Source: Phoronis australis
Taxonomy: Eukaryota; Animalia; Phoronida
Assembly (NCBI GenBank): GCA_002633005.1
Contig: NMRA01000889.1
Coordinates: 13,710-77,709, forward strand
Direction of reading: 5' to 3'
Length of the DNA stretch: 64,000 nt
Below are positions 12,301 through 24,400 of the stretch, piece by piece; position 1 is the first letter of the stretch; each line of letters opens with the position of its first letter. The notes beneath the pieces were generated by a model that saw nothing but the letters and a program-made list of their open reading frames with translations, had not been told where the DNA came from and searched no databases. A program made the position numbers and the translations under genes.

Positions 12301-15300
12301 TGCTGTTTTTCTAAAATTTTCGTCACCACATCCCATAAGTCGGCCACCCATATCACAATGACAGTAGTGACTTGAGTGACGGAGACATTGTTCATAGCAG
12401 TGGTGACGAGGAATTTTTTCACGGACAGTCAGTGAGTGGGATGTTTGAGCCTGGGTATAATGAGGCAGAGTACGCACAGGCACAGGCATCTATTGAGAGA
12501 AATGAGGCAGAGACTTAAGACAGATGTGGTGGGACGTCCTGGTGTAAATGCATGGTGTGCACTGTTATGCCTACCTCAATGGAATGCCTATGCTGTTCAG
12601 AGTTCGACGAGGCCAAGCCAATACTGGAGACTGCATCTACTTTTCATGTGCCTTACTTGACACAGCATCCTAACTTTGGTGCTCATATGAATGCTGGTGT
12701 GCTAGACACCTTCTTTAGAAGTCACAGAGCTAACTGGAGGAGGTTTCCAAATCCAAGGGGGAGGAAGCCTTATGAATGCCTAGTAAATATAGCCATTCTG
12801 GATATGGTTAAGTGGACCGGGCATCCCACGGATAAAGGAACAACTGTCTCACTTGCCCGAGTGTCACGCGATACACTGCCACTGAATGGTGACCTGAGCA
12901 CCCAAACTGCTTACATCCCGCTGTGTGACTCCCTTGCCACAAACCTGGCACTTTCTAAATAGCTCCAATAAACTTATCAGAGTTTGGCTCATTGGTCTGT
13001 CCACTGGACGACAAACTGTCCTTCTCACTGGGTGTTGAACTGGGCCTGTATTCACTCTCACTACTCAACATCGCTGCAGGGCTGCTTACAGGCTCTAGGC
13101 TAGAGACAACAGCACACGGTGAGTCACTGCTAGTTCCGGGAATTGCACGTTCTGATGGTATGTTCGGAGGCACGGGTGACACAAGATGAAGTGCCTCCAG
13201 TCGCTGTAGTGACTACAGCTCGCGAGGCTTTTCGCTTCAAAAATGCACTTCTCGGGAATGGCGACGATGCACTGCCGAGAATCAACAGTAACGGTATGGC
13301 ACTCTTCTTGCAGGGACCTTCATCAATTCAGCATACATATCTCTCTCGTAATCCGACAGCAGAAAATGCTTGCCACGCACTCGGTAGCTCTCCACTTCTT
13401 TGTACTTTGCGTGGACGGTGTCATCTTTCGGAAGTGATGTAATGGTACACCCAAAGCGCGTGTGAGACGATAATGAGTACATCCCGGTATGCAGCAACTG
13501 TGTGGCATGTTGACTGACTCGTAAACAAAAGCAAACAACAACCGAACTTATCATAACCGAGGTAGAACAATGCCTGACGTTACAGCTCTCACATTCAGAC
13601 TATATGAAAACAGATTGGTGCGTAATTCTTGACTCCCTAGACGTCACTTCCAGAGTAGGGGACGAGTAATCAATGAAATTACAAAAAGCTATAATTTACT
13701 GAAAAATATGCCTGGGATAATCAACGAACCTTATTTTAACAAAAAATGTCATTAAAAAATGTTGCCTTCGCCTTTAACATGACTGCATTGTTGATAAAAA
13801 ATTCATAGAAATCACAAAATTTTCCACAGAAACAAATTTTTGTTGGAAACTTGGGAATTCTATTCCTGCATTATATTAATTACAAAAAGCATGAGCAGGT
13901 ATTTCGTAAAGGCGTTTAGCCTGATAACTCGGCTATCAAAAGTATGACTTTGTTTTTTTTTCAAGGAATGCTGATGTCTTCATTTTTGACAAAGAAGTTC
14001 TCAGGCTAAGAAAATCCCAGAGATGTTGATAGAATAAAGAAACGGAATTTCCAAGTTTTGTGGGAAAAATTTGTGTTTGTGGAAAATTCTGTAGTTTCCA
14101 TGAAAAAAAGCAAATTTGATTAGAAACGTCTGGATGTTGTTTTCATACTCATAATAAGATGGTGTGATCATCAATATTTTTATGTAGATTTATGGTCTAC
14201 TATCAATACTTTAAGTCATTTGAGAAATTGGATCCTTGGTAATGAAGGTATCCTATATTGTACCTTAAGGCTTCAAATAAATTACTCTGTATATTGCGCA
14301 CTTTTTCAAGTATTCTGCAAATCAGTTTCACTTGGAATGTTCTAACACTTTTCCTGGCTAGTCTGCTTACGATTTTACTATGGAAAAATTAGTGGTAAGG
14401 CTTTCTTGAGTTCTATTCAGAAACAGGAGTAATACTTAAGCTTAGTTTCGGTCCAAGCAGATATAAACCTATCACCCATCACTGAAAACAACTTCTGATT
14501 CAGACCACTTACCGTTGATTATGAATTTGGTCTCAAATTCGTTAGTCAAATCCGTTAGTCAAATTCGAGATAATTATAGGGCTTAGAAAGAACTGACAGT
14601 TCGTTATTGCTTGAGGTCTAGCCCTACAAGCATTTTGTGCATCAAACATGGACTCAAGAAATAACTAACTGTCAGTTCTTTGCACGCCCAGAAATCCCTT
14701 CTGATCTGAGTAAGAAACATGTTTGGAGACCAATTTTACAGTCTGTGGTAAATGGTCTAAATCAGGGGTTCGCTACTGAGACGAAATGCAGGTTTATAGG
14801 CGCTTAAAATATGTTTTGGTGGACTCTAAAATGGGAAAAATTACTCTTCCTGATTAAATGTTTTAGTTTTTATGGGTCCACATATTTATATGTGGTTGCA
14901 CATTACCATCATCTCTGTCCGGCGTCTGGCGTCCACAGCTGTATCTCCTAAACCTCTTGGAGGATCTGAATGAGATTTGGCAGATGTGTTCCTATAAAGC
15001 TGATGACGGACGACCAAGAATTTCGGACCTCTCTAACTACCGGTGTGCCCCCTAGTGGCAATTTTATTTTTTTTACGCTTACCTCTGTATCTTTGGAGAT
15101 CCTCTACGCATTTTCATAAAATTTGACAGTTAGCCATCTATTAGTGAGATGATGCCATCCTCACATTTTCAGACGGATTTGAGGTACTTTGCGCCACCTA
15201 ATGGCCATTTTTACTGTTTTTGAGTCTGTTTTTTGGCGTCCGCCGTTCTATCAACCAAACTGCTGTGGGGATGATTTTGAAAATTCCCCTATATGTTCTT

Positions 15301-18300
15301 ATTGTGAAGAGGGCGGTTGACGATGATTTTCTGATGACTTGGACTACTATGGCACCCCCTATTGGCAGTTTTGTTTGTTTTTGCGCCCATGGCTGTATCT
15401 CCTAAACGCTCTAAAGGATCTTGATGAGATTTAGCAGATGTGTTTCTATGAAGCTGACGACGGACGACAACGAATTTCGGACCTCTCCGACTACCGGTGT
15501 GCCCCCTAGTGGCAATTTTATTTTGTTATGCTTACCTCTGTATTTTCGGAGGTCCTCAACGGATTTTTATGCGCCCACATATTTATGTGTGGACGCATTA
15601 TGCCGTCATCTCCGTCCGTCCGTCCATCCGGGCGGCGTCCGTCCGGCGTCCGGTGTCCGCTGCTTTATCTCCAAAACCCTTTGACATACGTTCATGAAAT
15701 TTGGCACATATGTTCCATTCATGAATGGGACGGCATGTGTGAACTTTCGGACAGATCCGACTACCGGTGTGCCCCCTAGTGGCAATTTCAGTTTTTTACG
15801 CTTACCTTTGTATCTTGGCAAAAGTCCTGAACGGATTTTCATAAAATTTGGTACGTAGGCACCTATTAGTGAGATGACGATATCCTGCCGTTTTCAGATG
15901 GATTCGACATAGTTTGCGCTTCCTAGTGGCCATTTTTAGTGTTTTCGAGTCTGTTTTTGTGCGTCCACCCCTCTATCAACCAAACCGCTCAAAGGATGAT
16001 TGTGAAAATTGGCATGTATATGCTTACTATGTAGAGGACGGTTGACGATGATTTTCCGACAATTTCGACCACTGTGGCGCCTCCTAGTGGCAGTTTTGTT
16101 TTTTGCGCCTATGGCTGTATCTCCTAAACCGTTCGCAGGATCTTTACGAAATTTAATAAGTGTATTTATATTATGTTAACAACAGACGATGACGACTTTT
16201 GGACGGATCCGCATACCAGTGTGACCCCTAGTGGCAATTTTATTTTTTTACGTTTACCTCTGTATCTTCACAAGTCCTTAATGGATTTTCATAAATTTGG
16301 TATGTAGGCACCTATTAGTGCGATGACGCTATCCTCCCGTTTTCGGATGGATTCGACCTAGTTTCCGACACCCAGTGGCCATTTTTACTGTTTTTGAGTC
16401 TGTTTTTTGGCGTCCACCCCTCTATCAACCAAACCGCTATAAGTATGATTGTGAAAATTGGCATGTATGTTCTTACTATGAAGAGGACGGTTGACGCTGA
16501 ATTTCCCATGACTTTGATTACTNNNNNNNNNNNNNNNNNNNNNNNNNNNNNNNNNNNNNNNNNNNNNNNNNNNNNNNNNNNNNNNNNNNNNNNNNNNNNN
16601 NNNNNNNNNNNNNNNNNNNNNNNNNNNNNNNNNNNNNNNNNNNNNNNNNNNNNNNNNNNNNNNNNNNNNNNNNNNNNNNNNNNNNNNNNNNNNNNNNNNN
16701 NNNNNNNNNNNNNNNNNNNNNNNNNNNNNNNNNNNNNNNNNNNNNNNNNNNNNNNNNNNNNNNNNNNNNNNNNNNNNNNNNNNNNNNNNNNNNNNNNNNN
16801 NNNNNNNNNNNNNNNNNNNNNNNNNNNNNNNNNNNNNNNNNNNNNNNNNNNNNNNNNNNNNNNNNNNNNNNNNNNNNNNNNNNNNNNNNNNNNNNNNNNN
16901 NNNNNNNNNNNNNNNNNNNNNNNNNNNNNNNNNNNNNNNNNNNNNNNNNNNNNNNNNNNNNNNNNNNNNNNNNNNNNNNNNNNNNNNNNNNNNNNNNNNN
17001 NNNNNNNNNAGACAGCTTTGATGACACATTACAAGTTCTTGGATAGATTCGACATATTTTGCGCCATCTAGTTGCTATTTTTATGTTCCAAACAAACACC
17101 CCTAGAAGCATACCATTAGCGGTGCATTCGTCCACGCATTTCAGCGCTCCGGGTTGCTCTTGTTGGTGATTTAAGGGACTGAGTAAAGATTGGTGGTATT
17201 GTGCCCATTTTTACAGATTATTATATGATTTACTAATTACCGAGAATTCCCATCAACTGTTCTGCCAAATTTATGCTCATGAACCTATTTTCAGAAAAAT
17301 TTTTGAATATAGCTGACCCAGGTTTCTACTTTAGGATTCACAATAGAAAGTTCTCATGATTTGTGGGATTTCACAGAATTAACAACTTGTCAGGTATCTA
17401 TTCACGTTTACAGATGGTCATTCAGGTGTTTTAGATGTCTGCTTTTAGTCATTATGTTATTTTTAGGAATTAATATATTTGCAGCTAAGCAACTACTCAC
17501 CTCGATCTATTTTATGATGCATTTTCTGTTTACGAAAGTACGTCCCAACTTACTTTTGAGGTACCAGAAAGGTAAAAAAACGTACAGTTTTGAAAAATGT
17601 GCCGTGTTGCTTACTATCAGACATTCCTGCTAACATACATCCCTTTCTCTATTCTTTGTAGGACCGGCTGATGCACTTTCCCGTTTGGATTGATCTAAAA
17701 GGACAGGACAGTGTACCAGAAACTGTACATCATGTGGTAAATAATACCTTTGGTTTACTCTCGCACTATAATTGCACTTCAACGTGACATTTAAATCGAC
17801 AAACTATCGTATTTCAGGAACAAGGAAATATAGCAATGCTATATTACAATAATGACAAAAAATCAATTTTGGAAAACGAAGATAAACAAATGGTGATTAC
17901 GTTTTGGTATTAAATTTTACATCGTAGGCCTACGTTTTTTTCTGATGGATTGTTATTTCTACACAAGTGGCACAGAGGGGAATATAATCGATCTCTATAG
18001 CAAGGGAATGGCTATGGGGGAATTTGTCCACGCATGCACTTTTAAGGGGAAAATTCGAGGGCAGATATTGAGCACAATGTGGGATTTAACCTGGATAAAT
18101 ATGATACGGACAATCAAAATATAATTTGTATCTCAGCAATGAAAAACATATTTTTCTCAAGTCAGATGACAATAAAATTTTAATTACAAAAACACACTTG
18201 GCGTTGCACAAGTTAATTGTTTATAGTCATCCAAATGATTATGAGTCTGTAAGATAAATAAAATGTAATAAGATCAATAAATGTGAAGTGATTATCAGTT

Positions 18301-20052
18301 TTTCACACATTACATGTTATGTTGATAGATGGAATGTTTTGGGCAAAACCTGCACGTTTAAAGTGTGCCATCGTCCCTGTCCATTTGGCGTCTGGCCGGT
18401 GTCCGCTTCTGTATCTCCAAAACCTATGGATGGATGTTCCGGAAATTTTGCAGATGTTTCTATCGTAGATGGGGCAACATGAGCTAATTTTTGGACGGTT
18501 CCGACTGCCAGTGTGCTCATAGTGGCTATTTTATTATTGTTACAATTTCGTAAAATTTGGCAAATAGATATCTATTAGGGAGACGACACCACTCCTGTTT
18601 TGGGATGGATTTGATGTATTTTGCACCAGTTTTTTTGCCAGTTTTTCTGTTTTGGAGTCCGTTGAAAAATTTTTATGAAATTTAACAAATAAGTTTTTGT
18701 TAAAGAGGCGATGACACATTCCTATATTCAGGACTGGTGTATTTGACGTTATGTACGCCACCTTGTGGTCATTTTCATAATTTTTTGGAGTTTTTTGCAT
18801 GCGCCTCTCTATGAGCCGACTGACTCTAAGGATCACTATGAAAATTAGCTTATGTGTATCTTTCGGGAAGTGCAAGGCTGACGATGATTTTCGGACAGGT
18901 CTGACTACTGTGGTGTCTATTAGGGGCAATTTTGTTGTTTATTTATGGAGAGCTCAATATCTATCAAGGTTCTTGATGGATCTTTATGAAATTTGCTACT
19001 GTGTGTTTTTATTGAGCAGAGTAAATTTTAGGTCAAACCTGACAACTGCGCAGTGCTTTAATAGCTAGTTTGTTCTTTACGTTTATTTTGATCTCGATTA
19101 TAAAGTTTCTTGATGGATGTGCATGAAATTTGGCAAATATCTAAATTAAATGTTGTTATCATGGAGATGACATTGCGAGCTCTGTGTCAGATTTGACGTA
19201 TGTTGTGCCCTATCATGGCTTTTTTATTATTTTTGTGTAAGTTCATTGTTTTCCACCTCCCTATTTTCCAAACTGCGTGAAGAATTATGATGTAATATGG
19301 CAGGTTTTATCCTATTGAGGAGAGCATTGCTGACTTGCTTTACACCCCATAGAGGCTACTTTAAATTTACTACCGGGAATTTCTGAAAATAGGCCGTGTG
19401 GTGATATTTGGAAAACAACCTTTCGAAAATGTCCAATGAAACCGAATATACACCTGGGTGTATTTTCGGAAACTTTCATTAAAACTGTCATTCATGCTGT
19501 ACTTAAATACGGTTAGTTACCAACAAAGTCACCTTATATCTCGATAAACGATAAGTCATTTGAGAGAAATTGTGATCCTGAAGTGTAATGTCTTTCCAAA
19601 ATAACGGTAAATGAAGTTTTATACATCATAACATATTTCATAGTTTATTTTAGAACCATTCTTCAGATTTTCAAAACATGTAAACAGTTACCAAAAATAC
19701 ACCCATGGGCGTACTTTTGGAAAATGTCCGAAAATACGCCCTTATGTGTACTTTTGGATGGACCTGTTTTTGGAAATTTCCTTAAGTAGAAAAGTTTTAA
19801 ATAATGGTCATTCCTTGTATTTGCACTTGTGTGGGCTTATATCAATGTTCCATGTTGCTCTTCCATAACTTCTCGCGGTCAAGTCTACATAGATTGTTTG
19901 GTGCCTGAGGACAAGACATGCTCATCCATCTTGCATTTAGGTTGTCACTGTGAACCCTCGGAAGGACACCTCTTGGAAGACTTTGAAACGTCACTGGGAC
20001 ACAGATGGTGTGCACTACAGCGACGGCATTAACCCAGCTGTTGAGACCAAGG
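253..20052 (+). CDS. DDX1: ATP-dependent RNA helicase DDX1, partial multi-exon gene (12 internal coding exons; 5' and 3' exons not found in window)
   Basis: Spliced exons give one open frame that follows DDX1: SPRY insert ([40 protein letters not shown]), motif Ia (EPSRELAEQ), GG doublet, Ib (TPGR), II (LDEAD), III (SAT), then [23 protein letters not shown]. All introns are GT-AG and phases are consistent. Confidence 0.97.
800..1344. mobile_element. Non-autonomous TIR element (Kolobok-like MITE)
   Basis: ttca|GGTTATGTAGGACC ... GGTCCTGCCGTACATAGCC|ttaa; a related left end and body recur at 60428-60720. Confidence 0.5.
1419..1579 (+). CDS. DDX1: DDX1 exon (SPRY)
   Basis: cag|[54 protein letters not shown]|gtaacg. 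Confidence 0.96.
1717..2966 (+). mobile_element. Helentron-associated non-autonomous element (HINE/DINE-1-like), family A
   Basis: T-run, then 5' subTIR palindrome ATGCGCCCAC..GTGGACGCAT, (GTCC/GTCT)n microsatellite, internal ~430-bp tandem repeats, 3' subTIR GTGGGCACAT, stem-loop CAACAC..GTGTTG and CTCTTGTTT; no TSD. Confidence 0.85.
3068..3140 (+). CDS. DDX1: DDX1 exon (SPRY)
   Basis: cag|[24 protein letters not shown](G)|gtaaga. Confidence 0.95.
4533..4663 (+). CDS. DDX1: DDX1 exon (end of SPRY)
   Basis: cag|(G)[43 protein letters not shown]|gtaaaa; contained in ORF 4451..4801. Confidence 0.95.
4928..5044 (+). CDS. DDX1: DDX1 exon
   Basis: tag|[39 protein letters not shown]|gtaagg; matches DDX1 PNAPKALIVE. 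Confidence 0.93.
5716..6154. repeat. 21-bp minisatellite (~21 copies)
   Basis: Unit ACTCATTTCTGATGATGTCAT with few variants; intronic. Confidence 0.97.
6318..6341 (+). CDS. DDX1: DDX1 24-nt microexon (motif Ia)
   Basis: Pyrimidine tract, then cag|CCA TCC AGG GAG TTA GCA GAG CAG|gtaat = PSRELAEQ. Confidence 0.93.
7063..7115 (+). CDS. DDX1: DDX1 exon
   Basis: cag|[17 protein letters not shown](R)|gtatgt. Confidence 0.93.
8148..8208 (+). CDS. DDX1: DDX1 exon (GG doublet)
   Basis: cag|(R)[20 protein letters not shown]|gtaggt. Confidence 0.94.
8485..8583 (+). CDS. DDX1: DDX1 exon (motif Ib and start of motif II)
   Basis: cag|[33 protein letters not shown]|gtaagt. Confidence 0.97.
9107..9247 (+). 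CDS. DDX1: DDX1 exon (end of DEAD, motif III SAT)
   Basis: cag|[47 protein letters not shown]|gtaagt. Confidence 0.97.
9357..11120 (+). mobile_element. HINE family A copy
   Basis: Same 5' palindrome, (GTCC)n and tandem core; 3' end GTGGGCGCAT-TT-CAACGC-TCT-GCGTTG-CTCTTG. Confidence 0.85.
12357..12765 (+). pseudogene. KolX accessory protein remnant (P2X7 intracellular-domain-like, Cys-rich)
   Basis: Acidic N-terminus, then MFEP ... (TAA at 12516) [29 protein letters not shown]...LTQHPNF; truncated at the 3' end. Confidence 0.8.
12815..13508 (-). pseudogene. Kolobok transposase 5' remnant (THAP domain and Zn finger), frameshifted
   Basis: [25 protein letters not shown] box, [35 protein letters not shown] spread over several frames; homologous to 26543-27302. 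Confidence 0.85.
14867..17164 (+). mobile_element. HINE family A copy containing a nested younger copy starting at ~15564; spans the assembly gap
   Basis: Degenerate 5' palindrome at 14872; a second intact 5' end TTTTTATGCGCCCACAT..GTGGACGCAT at 15564; 3' stem-loop and CTCTTGTT at ~17130-17164. Confidence 0.8.
16523..17009. other. Assembly gap (N run)
   Basis: Run of N bases. Confidence 1.
17662..17736 (+). CDS. DDX1: DDX1 exon
   Basis: tag|[25 protein letters not shown]|gtaaat. Confidence 0.96.
18365..19345 (+). mobile_element. Degenerate HINE family A copy
   Basis: Decayed matches to the family A core (gtccgcttctgtatctccaaaacc, tacgccaccttgtggtcatttt, ctgactactgtggtgtctattaggggcaatttt). 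Confidence 0.65.
19373..19785. mobile_element. Degenerate Tc2/pogo-like MITE
   Basis: ta|CCGGGAATTTCTGAAAATAGGCC, with an imperfect inverted GACCTGTTTTTGGAAATTTCC near 19760-19781 and subterminal AAAATACACCC/GGGTGTATTTT repeats. Confidence 0.4.
19941..20052 (+). CDS. DDX1: DDX1 exon (last one found in window)
   Basis: tag|[37 protein letters not shown]|gtgagt; matches DDX1 VVPVNPKTD..W....TDDVH.KD. Confidence 0.93.
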
Positions 20053-21070
20053 GTGAGTGAGTTGTGCAAACAAAGTTTCTGGCATGCTACGCTCGTGACA
20101 TTTTGTCTCATTGGCTGTCTTTTGAGCAATCTGAAAACAAAGGGCTGTTTGCGAAAATCACTCCCACCTGAAATAAGGTAATTTCCTATTGCTTTGTGAA
20201 CACGCAGAAACTTTGCCATAGTTTGTGCCATAAACTTTACTTTTTAAGACAGCCTTCATATATGCGGTAAAACATCCAAACATTCTGTCCTCAGCTCAGA
20301 TTGTGTTCAATGAGTGTTGTTTATGTTTGACTTATGACTCATACAAATGTTTGTTTTTGTTGTGTTTGACAATTTCCAATGCTAAAAGGATGGTGAATGT
20401 GGAGAGAAAGACAGATGTATGAGATACGGTCACAGAATTCAGGGGTACTTGTTATGATATTCGTCATATTGTACCCAAGTCTGAATTATTTAATACAGAC
20501 CTGTGTACAATACACAAAACATGCGTATTCCTACGGAAGTTCAACCTGCAGTATGCGAGTACGCATTGACTTCAAAACACGCAAATCAAACCATTCTATA
20601 TATAATGTGTGATGGAAGTAATGATGATGAATTAATAGTTCCAATAGAAGAAGAATACTAACTTTGGATTAAAAATTTAACAATAATTATCTTTGCTTCA
20701 TAATTTTGAACTGAAAATAACTCAACGTGGCACAGCGTTAAAGTTGGTTATCAGTTGTTTATTTTAACTCTCGAGAATCAGCGAATTAGGAGGCCTCTTC
20801 TATCAATATTCACTGAAATCCCATCGAAAGTATTTGTAACAATGTCTGCGATTGGTGGATTGCTCACCTCATTCAACTTTGGCTATCCTTGGCAAACACA
20901 GTACTTTTATTGTTAAAATGGCAAAGCGCGGGATTGAGATTTTTCTCGAGGAAAAAATAGAGTTTGGAGGTGGTATGACATTATTGGCGAGATTGAGGGA
21001 AATTTGCATCCAACTTGAGAAATGCTAGTAACCTAAATAAAAGGCAGTCATCTTTCGCTGAGTTGTGGGA

Positions 21071-21422
21071 AACTACGAGTGACTATGGCATAGCGCTTTG
21101 TCTCTGTGTAACTACGAGTGAGGACGGCATACCACTTTGTCTCTTTGTAACTAAGAGTGAGGATGGCATACCACTTTGTCTCTGTGTAACTAAGAGTGAG
21201 GACAGCATATCACTTTGTCTCTCTAACTAAGAGTGAGGATGGCATACCACTTTGTCTCTGTGTAACTCAGAGTGAGGATAGCATACCACTTTGTCTCTGT
21301 GTAACTCAGAGTGAGGACGCCTTACCACTTTGTCTCTGTATAACTACGAGTGAGGACGGCATACCACTTTGTCTCTGTGTAACTCAGAGTGAGGACACCT
21401 TACCACTTTGTCTCTGTGTAAC
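21071..21422. repeat. 39-bp minisatellite (9 copies)
   Basis: Unit AACTAAGAGTGAGGACGGCATACCACTTTGTCTCTGTGT, head to tail with no unique spacers. Confidence 0.97.
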
Positions 21423-24400
21423 AATAGCGGAAGTGTAAGCATATTCAAGCTGTGTTGATTGACTTTCAAATACATTGAAGGCAATCTTTTTTCAAATGGG
21501 ACTTTCTTATTAAGTCACAAACTGAGTGGAATGGTTGATTGACTTTCAAATATATTGAAGGCATTTTTTTTTCAAATGAGACTTTCTTATTTAGCCACAA
21601 AGTGGGTGGAAGGGTTCCACATATTTGTAAGTGGGAGCATTATTTATTTATACTTGACACATAAAAACGATTTAAAGCAAATATTTACCTTTCCCCAAAC
21701 ATATTTGTGTTACCTTTTTATTTGCTCAGTTAATATTTTCTTTATGAGCAGTTCAAATTTTTGCCATGCTGAATATTATGCACTGATTGTGAAAATTTCG
21801 CAGTCAATGCGGAATATTACGCACTTGCGCAATAGTACCCGTATTTTGCAGAATTTTTGCATATTTTGCAGAATCTCTGCATATTTTGCCGAGTCTCCGC
21901 CATTGCCTGCAAGATATTCTGCGGTATATTCAGCATTCCTGGTCATTTTTGCACAAAATGAGTGTTAATCAACATTTGAAAACCATTGACTTGAAACTCC
22001 CCATCAGAATGCAATTTCCCATCACCATGTTCTGAAGAATTTTCCTTTTTGAAGGCAATTTTTTGTTTGATTTGAATCATTAAAAAGATTACCACTAGCC
22101 AACTGTGATGTTCAGTTTCAAAAGAAAGATTTCTCTGAAGTGAGCACCGATTACTGCATGTAGTTTTCACCTAGCCTTAACCTGTGATGGTAATCCCATA
22201 TTTTCCATCAGGGTTCAAGGTGAGACAAATGCAAATCGTCCGTGACCTGATAATGCTAATTGTAACCCACACATTTTCAAGGTGACTGGGCATTTGCACA
22301 CTTTGTTCAGCTCAGAACATAAGGTTCTTTCAAGTTTCTTTAAAATTTGCAGAAGTGTGGAAGTCTCCATGGTTGAAATTGTGTGGAGTTGTGCATTAAT
22401 CATAAAAGCTGTTTAGAAGACGGATATTGATGTTGTTAAAGATTGTTTAAATGTAATGCGATCATGGTATTAGTTTTGATTTAGGTGATTGATGCATGCA
22501 CGGGGAGAGTGACATGATTAAGAAAGTGAGAGTGTTTGACAATTTTTGACAAGAAAAGTGAGTGCATGTATTTTGTAGAATCATCAGGTTTCACTCTCTT
22601 GCTCCTTTACACACCTTCTCATTGGAGTTCCTTTTGTGAAGAGTAAGAATAGCATTTTACATTCTTGCTCCGTTACGCACCGTGTCAAGGCGCCGTTTCT
22701 TGTTCACATCCGTGGAATGCCCCTTTGTGCCAGTATAAGAATTACAGACGTTTTGCGATGGTGATATGTTTTGTGCCATATCAAGATAGCTCTTATTATG
22801 CTTCATGGTGACTTGAAAGATTGTGATTCATTGTTTGACAATCATGCGACGACTGTGACTGTATTATGCGCTTGTTTTCACATGTGATCAGAACAAATAA
22901 AGAAACTTGGCGATAAAGTGTGTTTTAGAAGGAAGTGTTTCTTTGACGCCGTTGTTGTCATGCCTGTGGCATTTCCTCAAGCGTGAATTCTTTTCTGAAT
23001 GTCGTTGGTGTGGAACTCGATAATAGATGTATTGAAAAGAAGCTAGTGGGTGGTCACGCTAACTTCTCTTCATAGTCCAGTGTCTTTCCATCTAGGTTGA
23101 CCACTACAAGACAATGTTGAGAATAACATTGAAAGTTGATTTAGTACTTAAAGGTAATTAAGGAAATGTAACTTCAGGTAATGGTTTAAGGTACCTTGAC
23201 TGGAGCATATTTTCAATGGTCTAATATCACGCAAAAATAAAAGGAGTTTGACATGATGTTGCTTGTTAGGACCAGTGCCTATTAGATTCACTTTTGACAA
23301 CATGCAATTAAGAATTGGTTATTTTATTATTTTTATGAAAAATTCAAAGTTGCGTATAATAAAAATGAAAAGATAACCTAGTTATTGTTGTTTTGATTGA
23401 AATCTCTTTTCTACAATATTTATTCCATCCACAGTTTTTAGATATAGGTTATGTGCAAAGGGTTGTTGTTAAGTTTGCATTAGTCAGATATAATATGCCA
23501 GTAACTTAAGAACCAGTTTGATGTCTGTTACTCAGTAGAGAAAACTGGTTCTCAAAATTCAGGCATGTTATATCCGACCATTACCAATAAGATTATAAAA
23601 CAGTAAATCTAGTGATCACTGTTATAGTAGTTCTGTTGATCGGTGTGGGACGGAGATGCGTGTAGTATGAACTTTGTGCCCCATCCCAGCACCAGCCTCA
23701 CAAAAATGCATTCAAATGTTAATATCACAACCACATTTTCTTGAAACCTATGCTGTCCAGATAAGTTGATGTGTTCTTTGGCATTCAACCTTCCATGATG
23801 CACTTGTTGTCCGGTGTTGTTTCCGCATGGAACGCCTGCTGGCTTACAGTCATTCAAAGTTCACAGTTTGTACTCGGCCTACACATTGCTGTATGGCTGA
23901 CTTGCAGTTCTTCCGGAAAGTTCACTTATCTATGATGAGGGCTCTGAGTGGATTATGGGTGCTTTTGCCAAGAATTCTTAGTTGACACAGCAGATGTTAT
24001 TGTAATCAAATAAAATGTGGTTTTCTCTTCATGATGGCTGCTTCCATTTGGAGCAAAAATGAGTGCTAATGACTGACCATTTTTACATAATTCTAGAAGT
24101 TCTTATACTGATATAGGTCATGAGGGGTGTTTGCCTAGGTGCACAATATACGATTTCCTAAGCGGCATGATTATAAATGGCACCAAGAGCAATTACGTGG
24201 TCTGATGTCCTACTAAATTTGAGTAAAACCTTGTTTTTGACTGACTGCATCTGACGCTGTTGATTTTGGGAAACTCAACAAATGCTAAATTACAAATTGT
24301 GGCTCTAAAAGTTAAGGGCCTATGAATGTACATTTGACAGGTGTCCTATTTTTGAAAATTCTCGGTAGTACAGTAAAATCTTGCCATTTTGTAACCAAAA

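Larger units (their letters stand above)
12090..13773. mobile_element. Kolobok DNA transposon, internally deleted
   Basis: TTAA TSD (12086-12089, 13774-13777), AG...CT termini, ~160-bp TIRs, and convergent remnants of KolX (+) and THAP transposase (-). Confidence 0.9.
11937..14264. mobile_element. Old TTAA-flanked fold-back MITE (~650 bp of its own sequence) split by a Kolobok insertion
   Basis: 11937-12085 is a degenerate inverted repeat of 14122-14264, and 13800-13860 is inverted to 14045-14104. TTAA occurs at 11933-11936 and 14265-14268. Confidence 0.65.
11527..17206. mobile_element. Old PIF/Harbinger-like TIR element hosting nested insertions
   Basis: Left end GGGCCCGTGATTACCAAACTTTGCTCAGACCTTAAAT; degenerate inverted right end ATTTAAGGGACTGAGTAAAGATTGGTGGTATTGTGCCC at ~17169-17206. 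Internal sequence at 14580-14710 resembles 55210-55385. Confidence 0.5.

Noticed and set aside
12552-12962. Host P2RX7 gene
   Set aside because: No channel domain; it lies within TIRs and a TTAA TSD, has an upstream in-frame stop, and its 3' half is antisense transposase sequence
16385-17135. ORFs of 205-225 aa
   Set aside because: They run through the N gap; the flanks are HINE sequence
253-20060. Minor (U12) or non-canonical introns in DDX1
   Set aside because: All donors are ordinary GT with no GTATCCTT/ATATCCTT signature
21071-21422. CRISPR-like array, or a Cys-rich repeat protein (SEDGIPLCLCVTQ)
   Set aside because: Units are contiguous 39-mers without unique spacers, there are no cas genes and the context is eukaryotic. 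The ORFs arise because 39 is a multiple of 3, and a 2-bp deletion breaks the frame.
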